DNA of 64,000 nucleotides from Felis catus (lineage: Eukaryota): assembly GCF_018350175.1 (NCBI RefSeq), contig NC_058368.1, positions 188,234,001-188,298,000 on the forward strand, written 5' to 3'. Position 1 is the stretch's first letter. Every line of letters begins with the position of its first letter. Made by a program: the position numbers and the translations under genes. The notes below the pieces were generated by a model. It saw nothing but the letters and a program-made list of their open reading frames with translations. It was not told where the DNA came from and ran no database searches. Below are positions 12,222 to 24,041 of the stretch, piece by piece.

Positions 12222-13199
12222 TGATAAAGCTCTCTTTTCAGACTTCAGGTGCGGGGTAGACCACTCCCCACTTCTCCCACTGGAAGGTGGGGCTCCCTAA
12301 GTAGAAGCAGATCAACCCAAAGACAGTTTGTCACCATATCTTCAAAATCCACTCTTCAACATCCGATGCCCTGAAATTGGTTATTTTTAAAGTTTGGTTT
12401 AGCACCTCACTTTGGAATTTTGTACCTATTGTATTGTGGCGCTTCAGTTGAAACGATTTCAATTTAACACCTTGTCGTGTGATATTCTTGGTCTGGTAGC
12501 CTCTCCAACAACCATTGTCCCTTCCTCCTTGGCTAATGGGAGTGAACAGACCTGGGGCAGTTTGGTTGTGTGGCACAAAGCAGATTCTTTTGTGGGTGTG
12601 TTGGTAGCCTCTGGTGGTTAGAGGCAGGAAGAAGTTATACAGTCTTTTTCTTGCCACCTTGATCCTAGATGGCATCCTGAAGAGGAAGCAAGTCTCAGGA
12701 AACATTCACCAAGCATACAGGTACTTATTAGCAAGCAGGCAGACAAGTACTGTGTCTTGGAAGAGACTCCTCCTCGCCCTGCCTGCAGGTTGCCTCGCAC
12801 ACCCTTTACAAGAGCAGCTTCCTGCGAAACAGATTTCCTTCAAGCATAACGGGAGGCCCCGCCACCAGGCCAGGTGGTAGGGTCCTCCGTGGGAAGACAC
12901 AGGGCCACAGGGCTCCCGAACTTCCACTCTGGTACTGACAGCTGAGTGTGCCACGTTCCTCTACCTCATTCATGCACCAGCGGTGCCTTCTGCTACCCAG
13001 TCCTAACTGATCTTAAACACAGCTCATTTCACCAATAAAAACGTATTCCTCACATTCCTTCTGCTAATCAACAAACCAAAGGTATGGATTCAGATAAGGA
13101 CTCTTCATATACTAATTAACCACTCATTCTTAGAGTGTCGATTGGCATGAACTTGCACACATACCCATCACACCGCTTATACTGAAGTAGTTTAAAGTA

Positions 13200-13757
13200 A
13201 ATTACTAGGCACACAATATGCCACCAACAGAACCCTGATTTTGTTTGGGTTTCTAAGTATGCAGCCTTGAGAGATGAATTGTGATTGCGTTTGCTAATTC
13301 AATCATGACAAAGTCAGCCTCCTCTTATCAAATAGTCCCTTTGCCAGCCTTTGTTTGTGGTCTTAGGTGACCACTTGATTGAGTACTGGTCTGTGAAATA
13401 AAAGGGGAAGTATGCTGAGAAATATTTTCTTCTCTGATAAAAAAGAGACACACATGAAGCACTTTCTCAGCACCTTGTCTGCCTTTGTTTCTGCCTTTGT
13501 ATGTAGTCAGGAGAAAATGTGATTCCTAGTGCTGAGGCAGTTACTTTGCAATCATGAGGCCTCCAGGATGAGGCTGAAAAACTAAAATTCTGAGGACGGT
13601 AGAATGGAAAGTCTTGAGTTCTAATGACCTCGCTGAGTTACTGACCATCCCTGAGGCTTCTGCCCTTCTTTTAGTAAGAAATACACCTACCTATGGTTTT
13701 AGTTATTGTTAGTTAGGTTTTCTATTATTTTCAGCCCAAAGTATCCCGATTGATACA
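13200..13757 (+). mobile_element. Old MaLR LTR (MLT1K/J-like)
   Basis: aacagaaccctgattttgtt...ttaggttttctattattttcagcccaaagtatcccgattgataca terminus. Confidence 0.65.
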
Positions 13758-13778
13758 TTTGGTCTGAAATACACATAT

Positions 13779-13991
13779 TTTTAAAAATTTTTTTATTGTT
13801 TATTTTTGAGAGAGACAGAGATGAAATGTGAGTGGGGGAGGGGCAAGGGAAGAGGGAGACACAGAATCCAAAGCAGGCTCCAGGCTCATAGCTGTCAGCA
13901 CAGAGCTCAACGCAGGGCTCAAACTCATGAGCTGTGAGATCATGACCTGAGCTAAGTTGGATGCTTAACCGACTGAGCCACCCAAGCGCCC
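13779..13991 (-). mobile_element. Can-SINE
   Basis: Reverse head; degenerate TSD ttggtctgaaatacacata / ttggcctgaaataaatata. Confidence 0.95.
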
Positions 13992-14048
13992 TTGGCCTGA
14001 AATAAATATATAAGGGAGGGACGTTTTCTACACATCTAATGCTCTAAG

Positions 14049-14051
<3 letters not shown>

Positions 14052-14088
<37 letters not shown>
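14052..14088. repeat. (AC)n microsatellite
   Basis: Directly visible. Confidence 0.97.
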
Positions 14089-14089
<1 letters not shown>

Positions 14090-14169
14090 TTCCCTGCCCC
14101 ACCAAGACTGAAGAAGACCCATTCTTCTCAAAGAATTAGTACAAGTCCATTTTTCAGAGTGTTCTGACC

Positions 14170-14520
14170 AGTTCTAGCCTCAGTTTCTTCATCTCTAAAA
14201 TAAGAAGAATAGCATCTTCCCTAAAGATCTCATGGGCTTACGACAAAAATTAAATAAGATAATTTAAATGAGAGATGATTTAGGACAGTGCTTGAAGGCA
14301 GATACCCTGGGTTAAAACCACAGTTCTACTACTGGTAAATTGAACGAGCATATTATTTCTCTGTGCTCTAATTTCTTCATCTGCAAAATGAGGATAAAAA
14401 TAATACCTGTTTCAAAGGGCTTTTATTAGGCTTTAATGACTTAATACATGTAAGGCACTTATAATAGCAACCAACAAAAGTTAGCACTATATAAGTATTA
14501 GGTATCATCTTTATCATTAT
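14170..14520 (+). mobile_element. Two adjacent MIR fragments
   Basis: cctcagtttcttcatctctaaaataag and tttcttcatctgcaaaatgaggataa...catgtaaggcactta. Confidence 0.65.
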
Positions 14521-15162
14521 CATTATCATTATTATTACATATGAAAGGGTTTTGGAAAATGTAAGCGCACTATGTGAAAGCATAAAAGGGTGATGATAAC
14601 ACTGATCACCCCCAGTTAGTAATAAAGGAATATTAGTGAAACCAACAGAACTGATGATTTTAGGGAGAGAGGAGAATAGAAGAGATAAGAAAACCACAGA
14701 AAGGGAAGAGAAGGAAATGGGAGGGGTTAGGAAGTGAGGGAGGAAAGAGGAGAGGAGAGGAAAGGAAACATGGCAGGTGGAATTGTGCGGAGTGGAAATA
14801 AGGGCTAAGTGACAAGAACAGGGAGGAACTGCTCATTTTCTTTTCAGCAGGCATCACTGTGACTTTGGGAGAACATTGTTCAAAATGTGCCATTTCCCAC
14901 AGAGAGTAATGTGGCTTACCCACAATTTCATCAGTTGTGCCCCAGCTGCATTAAAAGCATTGAATCTAGCCCTTTACCTTAGGATACTGCCATGTGGTGC
15001 CATGGTTTCCATGACAAACAAAAGCATTCCTAGGAAACAGAGCAGGGAAAGTAACTGAAATGTCCATAGCATAGTGAGAAATTCAGAGCTGCTCTTCCAC
15101 ATTTGTGAGATTGCCCTGTGTTCGAGATTCCCACCCTGGTGGTTGGTCCCTAAGGGCCCTAT

Positions 15163-15387
15163 TTTTTTATTTTCTTTCTTATTTTTTTTAATTTTTTTAA
15201 TGTTTATTTATTTTTTGAAAGAGAGAGACAGAGTGCAAGTAGGGGAGGGGCAGAGAGAGAGAGGGAGACACAGAATCTGAAGCAGGTTCCAGCACAGAGC
15301 CTGATGAGGGGCTTGAACTCATGAGCTGTGAGATCATGACCCAAGCTGAAGTTGGACGCTCAACCGACTGAGCCACCCAGGCACCCC
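15163..15387 (-). mobile_element. Can-SINE
   Basis: Reverse head ...gagccacccaggcacccc; TSD agggccctattttt / agggtcctattttt. Confidence 0.95.
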
Positions 15388-15927
15388 ATGAGGGTCCTAT
15401 TTTTGAACAGAGAACTAAGCATGAGCGTTGACTGCCCACACATGGGGGTTCAGATGCCTCCCCTCCTGATTCCTGGTACACACTAAATCAGGAACGTGTG
15501 AATTCTGTCCCAAGTCCAAAACCTTAGCTGCTCAGCTCCCCTCCTCCCTCAGAAAGACCTATTCCTCATCTCTGTTTACATTCCCTGGCTGGGATCTTGA
15601 CCTGATGGTTCCCGCACAACCTTCATCTCTACCGATTCCCTTCACCTCAGTGTAAATGCCCTATAAACATTTTTGACTTTAAAATATAAAGTGATTACTA
15701 AAGAACCAAGAAGAGCTATTGGGGACGTACTAAAACCAAGCACTTAATAAATATTAGTTGCTCTTCATTTCCCTCCTATAAATTAGATCGTTCATATAAT
15801 CCCTATCTCAATCTTTCATGGAGGCAGTGAAGTCCAATCTTGAAGGCTAGTGGCTTTGAGTGCTATAGATGTGAAAAATCATCTGCAAGCAGATTATGTT
15901 TTCATAAATCATTAATCACCTTATTTT

Positions 15928-16172
15928 ATTTTATTATTTTTTATTTTCTTAATTTTTTATTAAAAATTTTTTGTAATGTTTATTTGTTTTTGAGAGAGAA
16001 AGAGTGTGAGCGTGGGAGGAGCAGAAAGAGAAGGAGACACAGAATCTGAAGCAGGCTCCAGGCTCCGAGCTGTCAGCACAGAGTCCAATGAGGGGCTTGA
16101 GCCCAAGAATTGTGAGATCATGACCTGAACTGAAGTTGGACACTTAAACCTATTGAGCCACCCGGGTGCCCC
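15928..16172 (-). mobile_element. Can-SINE
   Basis: Reverse head and GA-rich tract; TSD aatcaccttatttta / aattactttatttta. Confidence 0.95.
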
Positions 16173-16914
16173 AATTACTTTATTTTAAAAATAAAATGGG
16201 TTGTTGAAGGAATCTACTATTTAACTTATAGAATCAAATTTAATACTACAACTATGAGGATATAAAGATCCATAAAAAACCATCGCTCCCTAACAACAAC
16301 AGAAAACCATGTAAACAAACAAACAACAAAAGAGGGAGTTGAGCTTTTTTAGATAAACACAGACCAGAGACCATATTAATCTCTATAAGCTGCAGAGTCT
16401 GGGGGAGAAGCAAGCCTGCTGAGGGCAGAACAGTTTAGTGGGAACAAGGAGAAATCAGCCAAGCTTTTAAAGGCCCTGCATAGGCTGTCATGGAAGATTA
16501 GAATCTGGAAGAGTCGCAAAGTCAGAGTTAGCCCTCCCCACCTACCAATTTCCCCCACAGGCATTTTATTCAATAAATGAAATCATCAGAAAGCCTGGAA
16601 CAGGTATGGAAAACACAGAGAGATGGCCAAGTCTTGTGGTGCTTAAGTCCCAAAACCCTGCTGAAGAGAGGGGTCTGATCTCCCTTAAGACCTTTAAACC
16701 AGAGGATAAAGGAAACTAATTCTGCTGGCCATGCAGCCCCTATTCAGCTCAACTGCTAATTAGCTTGATGAGTTCGGCCCCTAATAATAGCTGCATGTCA
16801 AACAAAAGGGTGAGTCCTTTCTGGAATCCGTGACAATCTCCTTCAGTCTCTGCTGATCTTTTACACACTGTGTCTGAAATATAATAAAAAATTATGACAT
16901 GTGAAGAAGCAGAA

Positions 16915-17119
16915 GGGGCACTTGGGTGGTTCAGTGGGTTAGGCATCCAACTCTTGATTTCCGCTCAGGTAATGATCTCCCCAGTTTGCGAGTTCGAGTC
17001 CTGCATCCAGCTCTGTGCTGACAGCATGGGCCTGCTTGGTATTCTTTCTCTCTCCCTCTCTCTCTGCCCTTCCCCTGCTCTCACTGTCTCAAGATAAATA
17101 AACTTAAAAACATTATTTT
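16915..17119 (+). mobile_element. Can-SINE
   Basis: ggggcacttgggtggttcagtgggttaggc head; TSD gaagaagcag. Confidence 0.95.
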
Positions 17120-17348
17120 GAAGAAGCAGGAATATGTGACACACAGTAAAGAGACATAAAACCTGAATATCAGTAGACTCAGATCCACAGGTGATCCATA
17201 TGATGAAATTTTCAGAAAAGAACTTATTTATAATTACTATAACTATGAATGAATTCAGAAGAAAGGTTTAAATATTGTTAGAATTGGAGAATTTTATCAT
17301 ATAAATGAAAAATATACAAAAGAACCAAATAGAAATTGTATAACTGAA

Positions 17349-17391
17349 ATATATATGTAATATATATGTGTAATGTGTAATATGTTATATA

Positions 17392-17430
<39 letters not shown>
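17349..17430. repeat. (TA)n compound microsatellite
   Basis: Directly visible. Confidence 0.9.
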
Positions 17431-18228
17431 GAACTATCGGATGGGTTTAACAGTAGGCTACACAAAGCATAACAAAGGATTAGTGACCTGTAAGTGAGTC
17501 AATAGAAATTATTCAATTAAAGCAGAGAGAAAAACTGAAAAAAATAACAATATCAAAGACCTGTGGAAAGGTATAAACTTAACTAACACAAGTGCAATTG
17601 GAATCTCAGAAATAAAGAAGAGAAAATTGAAAAGAAAAAATATTTGAAGAGATGATGGCCCCCAAATTTCCAAAACAGATGAAACACTCTAACCCACACA
17701 TTTTAAAAGCAGAATACAAAAAACAAACAACAATAAACCCCATATATTTTATCTCCCCTATTGTTTTTTTTTCCTCAGAGAGGTGAAAGGTCTTATACTT
17801 TCTTTTAAAAAAATAAAATAAGGTGGATTTTTACTCTGTGACCCTTCATTAATTTTTCATGTGAGTCATACTGATCTTTGCTCTGAGATTACACATTTAA
17901 CTAATTGTTTCTTTTCTGAGTGAACTTGAGAGAGTGTGTATATATATCTTGAACAAGATCAAGTTCCAAGCTCTGTAGTACAGAAAATAAATTTGCAAAC
18001 TGCTCTAGCTTCACCTCTGAGTTCGGTATATTCTGAAGTGGCTGGGAGGATGTGAAAGGACTTGGACACAGAGTGCTTGGGTAAAGGGGTGAAATATTAT
18101 ATTTCTTCAGGGGAGGACCTTGAGATATATTTCAAATGGAAGTCTCCTATAATTTGTAAGTTACAATTGACTGCTCATTTCAAACAAGAGGTACCTGCCC
18201 ATGTGTGGGGACACACCATGTGCGCACG

Positions 18229-18253
18229 CACACACACACACACACACACACAC
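18229..18253. repeat. (CA)n microsatellite
   Basis: Directly visible. Confidence 0.95.
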
Positions 18254-18924
18254 TGCAAGACCTTTCAAGGTAAACCATCAAATATGTCTTATGACAAATT
18301 CTTTCTCATAAATCAGAACCATTATCAACTTGCAGTTCCTGAAGAGAATTAACTTTCCCTGTCAATCACGTTTTCCATAAACCCAAGGCTGTCCACCCTG
18401 GTGTTCTCTGCAGTCAGGAAAGGAGTAGATCTGAGAATGAGGTGACCCGCCATTTGGGCAATGCATTGGCTGTTGGAATGTGCTTCTTATCTTCCTGGCA
18501 AATTCACTGGAGAAACATTTCACCTTGGCTGCTCCACAGCACACTGCTGTCACTCCAGTGTGTGTGTGGAAGGATCCAAGTGTGCTACATATTTGCCTGA
18601 AAACTTGCCCACAGTTCATTACCAGAGAGGCCAGTCTATTTTATCTCAACCAAACTGAGGTTCTGGAAGCATTTATTTTGCAAGTCTACATTTTCTGTGC
18701 CATTGACCCTACTCCTCTCAGAGAACCAAAGTGGAGAAAGATTAGCTGTTTATAAACATAGCGTATAAGTTAATCAAGATTTAGGTCCTGTGGGTTTTTT
18801 TTTTTTTTTCCAATAGTAAAAAGGTCAAATTAAATGCCATGATGCAGCCTGTCTTTCTATAATGAACAGCTGGTTCCCTAAAAAAAAGTTGCACTAACAA
18901 AATTCACCTTATAATAATTTCCAT

Positions 18925-19330
18925 CATTTATTGACCACTTACTGTGTGCTAGGCATTGTACTAAGGCCTCACAAGATTACTTCATTGACCTTTCATAATC
19001 CTACGAGATAAGCATTATTATTATCCTCATTTTACAAATGAAGAAATTGAAGCTGAGAGCTTAAGTAATTTTTTTTAAGTTTATTTATTTTGAGATAGAG
19101 ACAGTGGAAGTGGGGGAGGGTCAGAGAGAGAGAGAGAGAGGAGAGAGAATCTCAAGCAGGCTCTACACTGTCAGTGCAGAGCCCAATGTGGGGTGTCAAA
19201 CCCATAAAGCTGTGAGGTCATGACCTGAGCATAAATCAGGAGTCAGATGCTCAACCGACTGAGCCAGCCAGGTGCCCCTGAGAGCTTAAGTCATTTTTAT
19301 ACTAATCTTAATGGGGCCTGGATTCAAAGT
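18925..19330 (-). mobile_element. MIR SINE interrupted by a Can-SINE
   Basis: catttattgaccacttactgtgtgctaggcattg...cctcattttacaaatgaagaaattgaagct. Confidence 0.75.
19071..19278 (-). mobile_element. Can-SINE
   Basis: Reverse head; TSD ctgagagcttaagt. Confidence 0.95.
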
Positions 19331-20011
19331 CTAATTCAAAGAACTCTAATTCATAAGGCTTTTTTTGTAACCATGATTTTTTATTGCTTCCCACTAAAAA
19401 CAAACCAATGAGCCAGTTGTAGCATTGGAGAAAAAGAGATTAGGAGTTAAAGAGTTTCTTTTACACAATTTTATCATCTTTGCTGTACATTGTTAACACA
19501 AATGAAAGAGGTTGTGACAGAATTTGCAACTACAAATGGACAACAACCCATACTGAGAAACTCACCACGCTGACAGGTAGCAATGTGCTTCCCTGCCTGG
19601 GGAGACCAGCTTTTCTCATCCAAGTGGTGCAGATTTCTCTGGGATTATATCAGAACTCTAATGTTCTGCACAGGTAAAATTATGTACTCTACTTGATCAA
19701 TGCCACTGCATTTAGTTTGCATTATGAAAACTTGAGGTGTGGGGAAAATATCTGTAAATATAAAGTAAATTTTCAAGTATGAATAGTTCACATGCTTTTA
19801 GGGAGCCCCATGTTTATATTTCTTGCCATGTCTGGATCCCAATCTTCACGGTGCAGGGAATAAAGCACTGAGTTCACTGTAATGACTTTTTCTTTAATAG
19901 TCTGCAAACAGCAGAGAATTTGGGGCATTTTGTGTCCTGGGAAATAGCCACAGCCATGTAGCCTTTTCCTTGGTCTCATACCCCACTAAAGTAGTTAGAT
20001 GGAGACTCAGA

Positions 20012-20490
20012 GTATCAGTCAGATTTCTGCAGTGATAATGCTGTGTAACAAACATCCAACTCCTTGCATCTCATTGACTTACAACAAGACTCTGTTTTGT
20101 GTTCATGGGAATGTAGGTTGCCTGTGAATTGGCTTGGCTCAGCAACACTAGGCTGAACTCCATTCCATGGTTTGTTTAAATCTGTGTCTAGAACTCAGGC
20201 TGAGAGACCAATGACTACCTGAGAGACATGGCCTTATGGTCAAAGGAAAAAGTCTGAGGTGTCTGACAGAAATTTGCTATGCCACTTAAAGTATTTGTTC
20301 AGAACCGGCTCATTGTCACTTTACTTCTGCCTAAATTAATTGGTCAAAGCAGGTCACATGGTCAAGTCCCAAGTGAATGGGATGGGAATATTTGCTCTGC
20401 CTACTCTTGTGACAGTCACTAGGAGGTATGTGGCAGAGAGCATGGGTGTATAATTCTTTATAGAAAGGTACAATAATCCAATCTACCACA
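20012..20490 (-). mobile_element. Old MaLR LTR (MLT1I/H-like)
   Basis: gtatcagtcag...gctgtgtaacaaac...ggtcaaagcaggtcacatggtcaagtcc...aataatccaatctaccaca. Confidence 0.7.
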
Positions 20491-20520
20491 CTTAGTATTT
20501 CCATGGGACTTTGCTCATAT

Positions 20521-20752
20521 TTTCTTTTAAAGTTTATTCATTAACTTTGAGAGAGAGAGAGAGAGAGACAGAGAGAGAGAACAAGTGAGCACACACAAGT
20601 GGGAGAGAGGCAGAGAGAGAGACAGAGAATCCCAAGAAGGCTCTGCACTGTCAGCACGGAGCCCGATGCAGGGCTCAATACCACAAACTGTGAGATCGTG
20701 ACCTGAGCCAAAATCAAGAGTTGGACACTTAACTGAGCCACTCAGGTGCCCC
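20521..20752 (-). mobile_element. Can-SINE
   Basis: Reverse head gagccactcaggtgcccc, GA tract, T-rich tail. Confidence 0.95.
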
Positions 20753-21094
20753 CCATGGTCATATGTTTTTTAAAAGGACCTATGATATTTTACTACAACT
20801 GTATTCATATATATGATTCTCCCAGTAGACTGGGTCACCACTCATCTCCAGCCCCAGAGACCAGAGCACTGTTGTGACATTAGCAGATATTCAATAAATA
20901 TATAATGAATGTATGAATGAAGATATTTGTAAGCCAAGTATTATGAGCATACATAAGTTATTTAATTCTCAAAATTAGATTATACCAGAGCATCATCTAT
21001 AAGAAAGTTGGTAATTACTGGTTCAGAAAGTAATTATTCAGAAGTTTTATTTTGAAATGCTCTAATTTTGAACCATTTCACCCATTAAATCAGT

Positions 21095-21490
21095 ATATAT
21101 TTATGGAGTTTCAACTATGTGCCAGGTGCAAGGACATACAAGTGAATAAGATAGATACAATTACTGCTGTCACAAGTTAGTGGGCAAGAGACACAAATAG
21201 GAAATTATCACACTGTGTGATAACTGGCGGGGTTATGGAAGGGTACAACCCAGGTTTCAGATTTGGGCAGCTGGGTGGATGGTGATGTGATGACATTTAC
21301 TAAGAAGAAATACAAGAGGAAGAAGAATCTGTTGGATGGGGTGGTGGGATGAGGATAGGGGTTTATTTGCAGACATTGATGGATTAGAGGTACCATGGTA
21401 TCTCCTAAAAAAGCTACCCAGATAGCGGTTGAATCTGAGGGTCTTAATTTCAGAGGAGGTATATGAGCTGAAGCAATAAATTTGTGATTC
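21095..21490 (-). mobile_element. LINE L2 fragment
   Basis: atttatggagtttcaactatgtgccagg...cccaggtttcagatttgggcagctgggtggatggtg. Confidence 0.6.
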
Positions 21491-21507
21491 ATGTGTGCAT
21501 ATGTGCA

Positions 21508-22235
21508 TGATATAATAAAAATATATATCTGGTCTTTGTCCCCAGTTCCTGGCACAAAGCTTCAAAAACCTTAGAATTTCTTAGTGACAAGAGTGTCTTT
21601 GTTATGCTAATGAATCTACCCTTGGTGGGCCCTAGATAGTTCTGCAATGAGAGTTGGCCACCAGAAAGACCAACCACATGATTAGAGGGTTAAAACTTTG
21701 GGCCAGTCCAACCCCCAGTGAGGAAGGTGCTGGACATTGAGTTCAATCACATGACCAATGATGCCTAGATAATGAAACCCCAATAAAAACTCTGGACACC
21801 AAGGCTCAGAGGACCTTCCTAATTGGCGAGCATATTGATATGATGGGAGGGTGGTGTGTCTAGATCCCATGAAGAGAGGCCATAGAAGCTGTGTCCACCA
21901 TATCCCCAGATCTTGCCGTGTGCATCTCTTGGCTGTTCCTGAGTTTGTATCCTTTATAATAAAACTATAATCATAGGTATGGCATTTTCAGTGAGTTCTA
22001 TGTGTTGTGCTAGCTAATTATTGAAACTGAGGGGGTCACAGGAACCCCTAAATTTATAGAAGTCAGAAGTGTGGGTATTCCCTGAGACTTGTGACTGGTA
22101 TCTGAAATGGAAGCAATCTTGTGAAAGACATTTCTCTTAACTTGTAGGGTTTGCACTAACTGCAGCTAGTTGATGCCAGATTTGAATTACATTATAAGAT
22201 ATCCATTTTGTGCCAGAAGATTTTTGTCAGAACAA
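21508..22235 (+). mobile_element. ERVL-class LTR, MER21-like
   Basis: tggtctttgtccccagttcctggcaca...ggccaccagaaagaccaaccacatgattagagggtt...cccaataaaaactctggacacc. Confidence 0.75.
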
Positions 22236-22587
22236 TGTGTAAACTGAGACAATTTGCTGCTAATGAGTGGTTATAGACAAGACCATCTACTACAAAACCT
22301 CAGGGAATATGGACATTAATGCAATGTTCCCCAAAATGTCATTTTAATGCCATTGGTACTATATTGAGCTTGAGTGCTCTAGAAATAAACTTCTGTTATC
22401 TAATAACTATGTATTTCTTATAAATGTGTTGAGGCATAACTTTTATTTATAGAAAGAAATACTGGTTTTCCATTAATAAGAGTGCTATAAAGTTTCCTTG
22501 TAGGAAATTCATTTGAGTTTAAAAGGTGAGCCAATTAAAATAAAAATATTGGCAAAAAACTGTAGATGTGATACTCAAATGACTAGG

Positions 22588-23040
22588 TTCATTCATTCAA
22601 CAAATATGTATTAAGTGCCCATTATGTGCCAGGTCTGGGAATCTATTAGTAAGCAAAGATTAAAAAAAAAAATGCCTGCCCTCATGTGGTTTATATTCTG
22701 ATGGAGGGAGAAAGAGAACAATGAAGATAAGATACACACACACACACACACACACACACTCCAGCAGATGGTAATAAAAAGGCGGAATGTGGATAATAAG
22801 TTTGGGGAAGGAGGGCAGAAAGTTCAGATTTCAAGGCCATCAAGGCCAAGAAAGATTTCATCAGGAAGATGACAACTGAGCAAAGTCTTGAAGGAAGAAA
22901 GGAAGCTTGTGAATATTTGGAAGAAAAGCATTCTAGCAAGAAGCAGCGGGAAGTGCAAGGGACCTGGAGCAGGAGCAGACCTGGAAGCAAGGAGGCTGGT
23001 GTGGCCTGAGAGGAATGGACAAAGGGACAGCAGATGGATG
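22588..23040 (-). mobile_element. LINE L2 3' portion
   Basis: ttcattcattcaacaaatatgtattaagtgcccattatgtgccagg. Confidence 0.75.
22733..22759. repeat. (AC)n microsatellite
   Basis: Directly visible. Confidence 0.95.
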
Positions 23041-24041
23041 AGAAGAGCCTCTAATCTTCCATGCGGCTGGAAGAGGCTGAAACTAGACAAGAGGAGTGAC
23101 AGTTACTGGCAATCAATTGATCCAAGATGAGGAGGGGAGGAAGGTGCACAGAACGTAAGTGGAACTGTGTGTCTCAGATAAGAAGGGTGTGGATTCCATC
23201 GCAACAGGTAACAACAACAACAACAAAATGCCTGCCACAAAGTTAGATGCTGCTGAGCTGTCCCAGGGAGAAGATCATCTTCAGGATTTAGGACCTATTT
23301 CTTTCTAGCCTAAACTGCCCAGCAGGCGGGTATCCAATAGCTATCCCAGGCCTCCCACCTCCATTGACCTCATCCCAGTGAATCCCCATTATCTCTCTCA
23401 CTTCTCTTGTTTGTTTGGGGCCTGGTGCCCTGCAGTCTAATTAGTAAAATAGCTCTACTCATTTGCATTACTTAAGCAGCATTTACCTGGAAAGTACTGA
23501 AGGTGATATGCAAATCACAAGGACAGTCTAGAAATCCCATAACTGAGGGTAAAGAACCATAAGCTAATTAAACTTCATCTGGTTTGTGGCACCATGAGTG
23601 CAATCCTGCTTCCCTAAGTAAAAGAAAACAAAATCTGCAGAGTGTTATTGCCAGAGGGGGGTTTGGGGACCTTCTTCTACAGCCTGTCTCATCTGTCCCC
23701 TCCCACCTCTAATTCTTTTAGCCCAGGGGAGCTGCTCAAGTATTCCAAGGCCACAGAGCTTGATAGGCAATGCTCAAGAACTCCAGGTACCCTCCAGACT
23801 TTTTAAACTTCTTCCTCCAAGTTTCATCAGGACAGCAGGGTTTGAATTTGTGTGGGGAAGAGGACTGGAGTTCCAGGCCCAAAAGCTCAAATTTCTTTAT
23901 CTTTCAAATTGTACTTTTCTTTTGAAGGTCATCTAAATTTTGTATTATCCTCCATAATGTATCTGTGTTGTGTTTTGGTTTTAATGGACTCCCCTCCCCC
24001 CGCCCAGTTTTGAGTAAAACTGAGACTCCAGGAGAAAGGAT

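Larger units (their letters stand above)
16240..17720 (+). mobile_element. Old L1 (L1ME-like) 5' UTR/ORF1 region, interrupted by a SINE and (TA)n
   Basis: A-rich ORF1-like stretches aaagaaccaaatagaaatt, gatgggtttaacagtagg, aaaatatttgaagagatgatggcc. Confidence 0.75.

Noticed and set aside
12331..12705. Vague likeness of the 124-aa ORF (WRGY, TIGTK, ITN..EEW) to circovirus Rep helicase motifs
   Set aside because: No Walker A (GxxGxGKS) or Walker B (DDF) motif and the spacing does not fit; treated as coincidence
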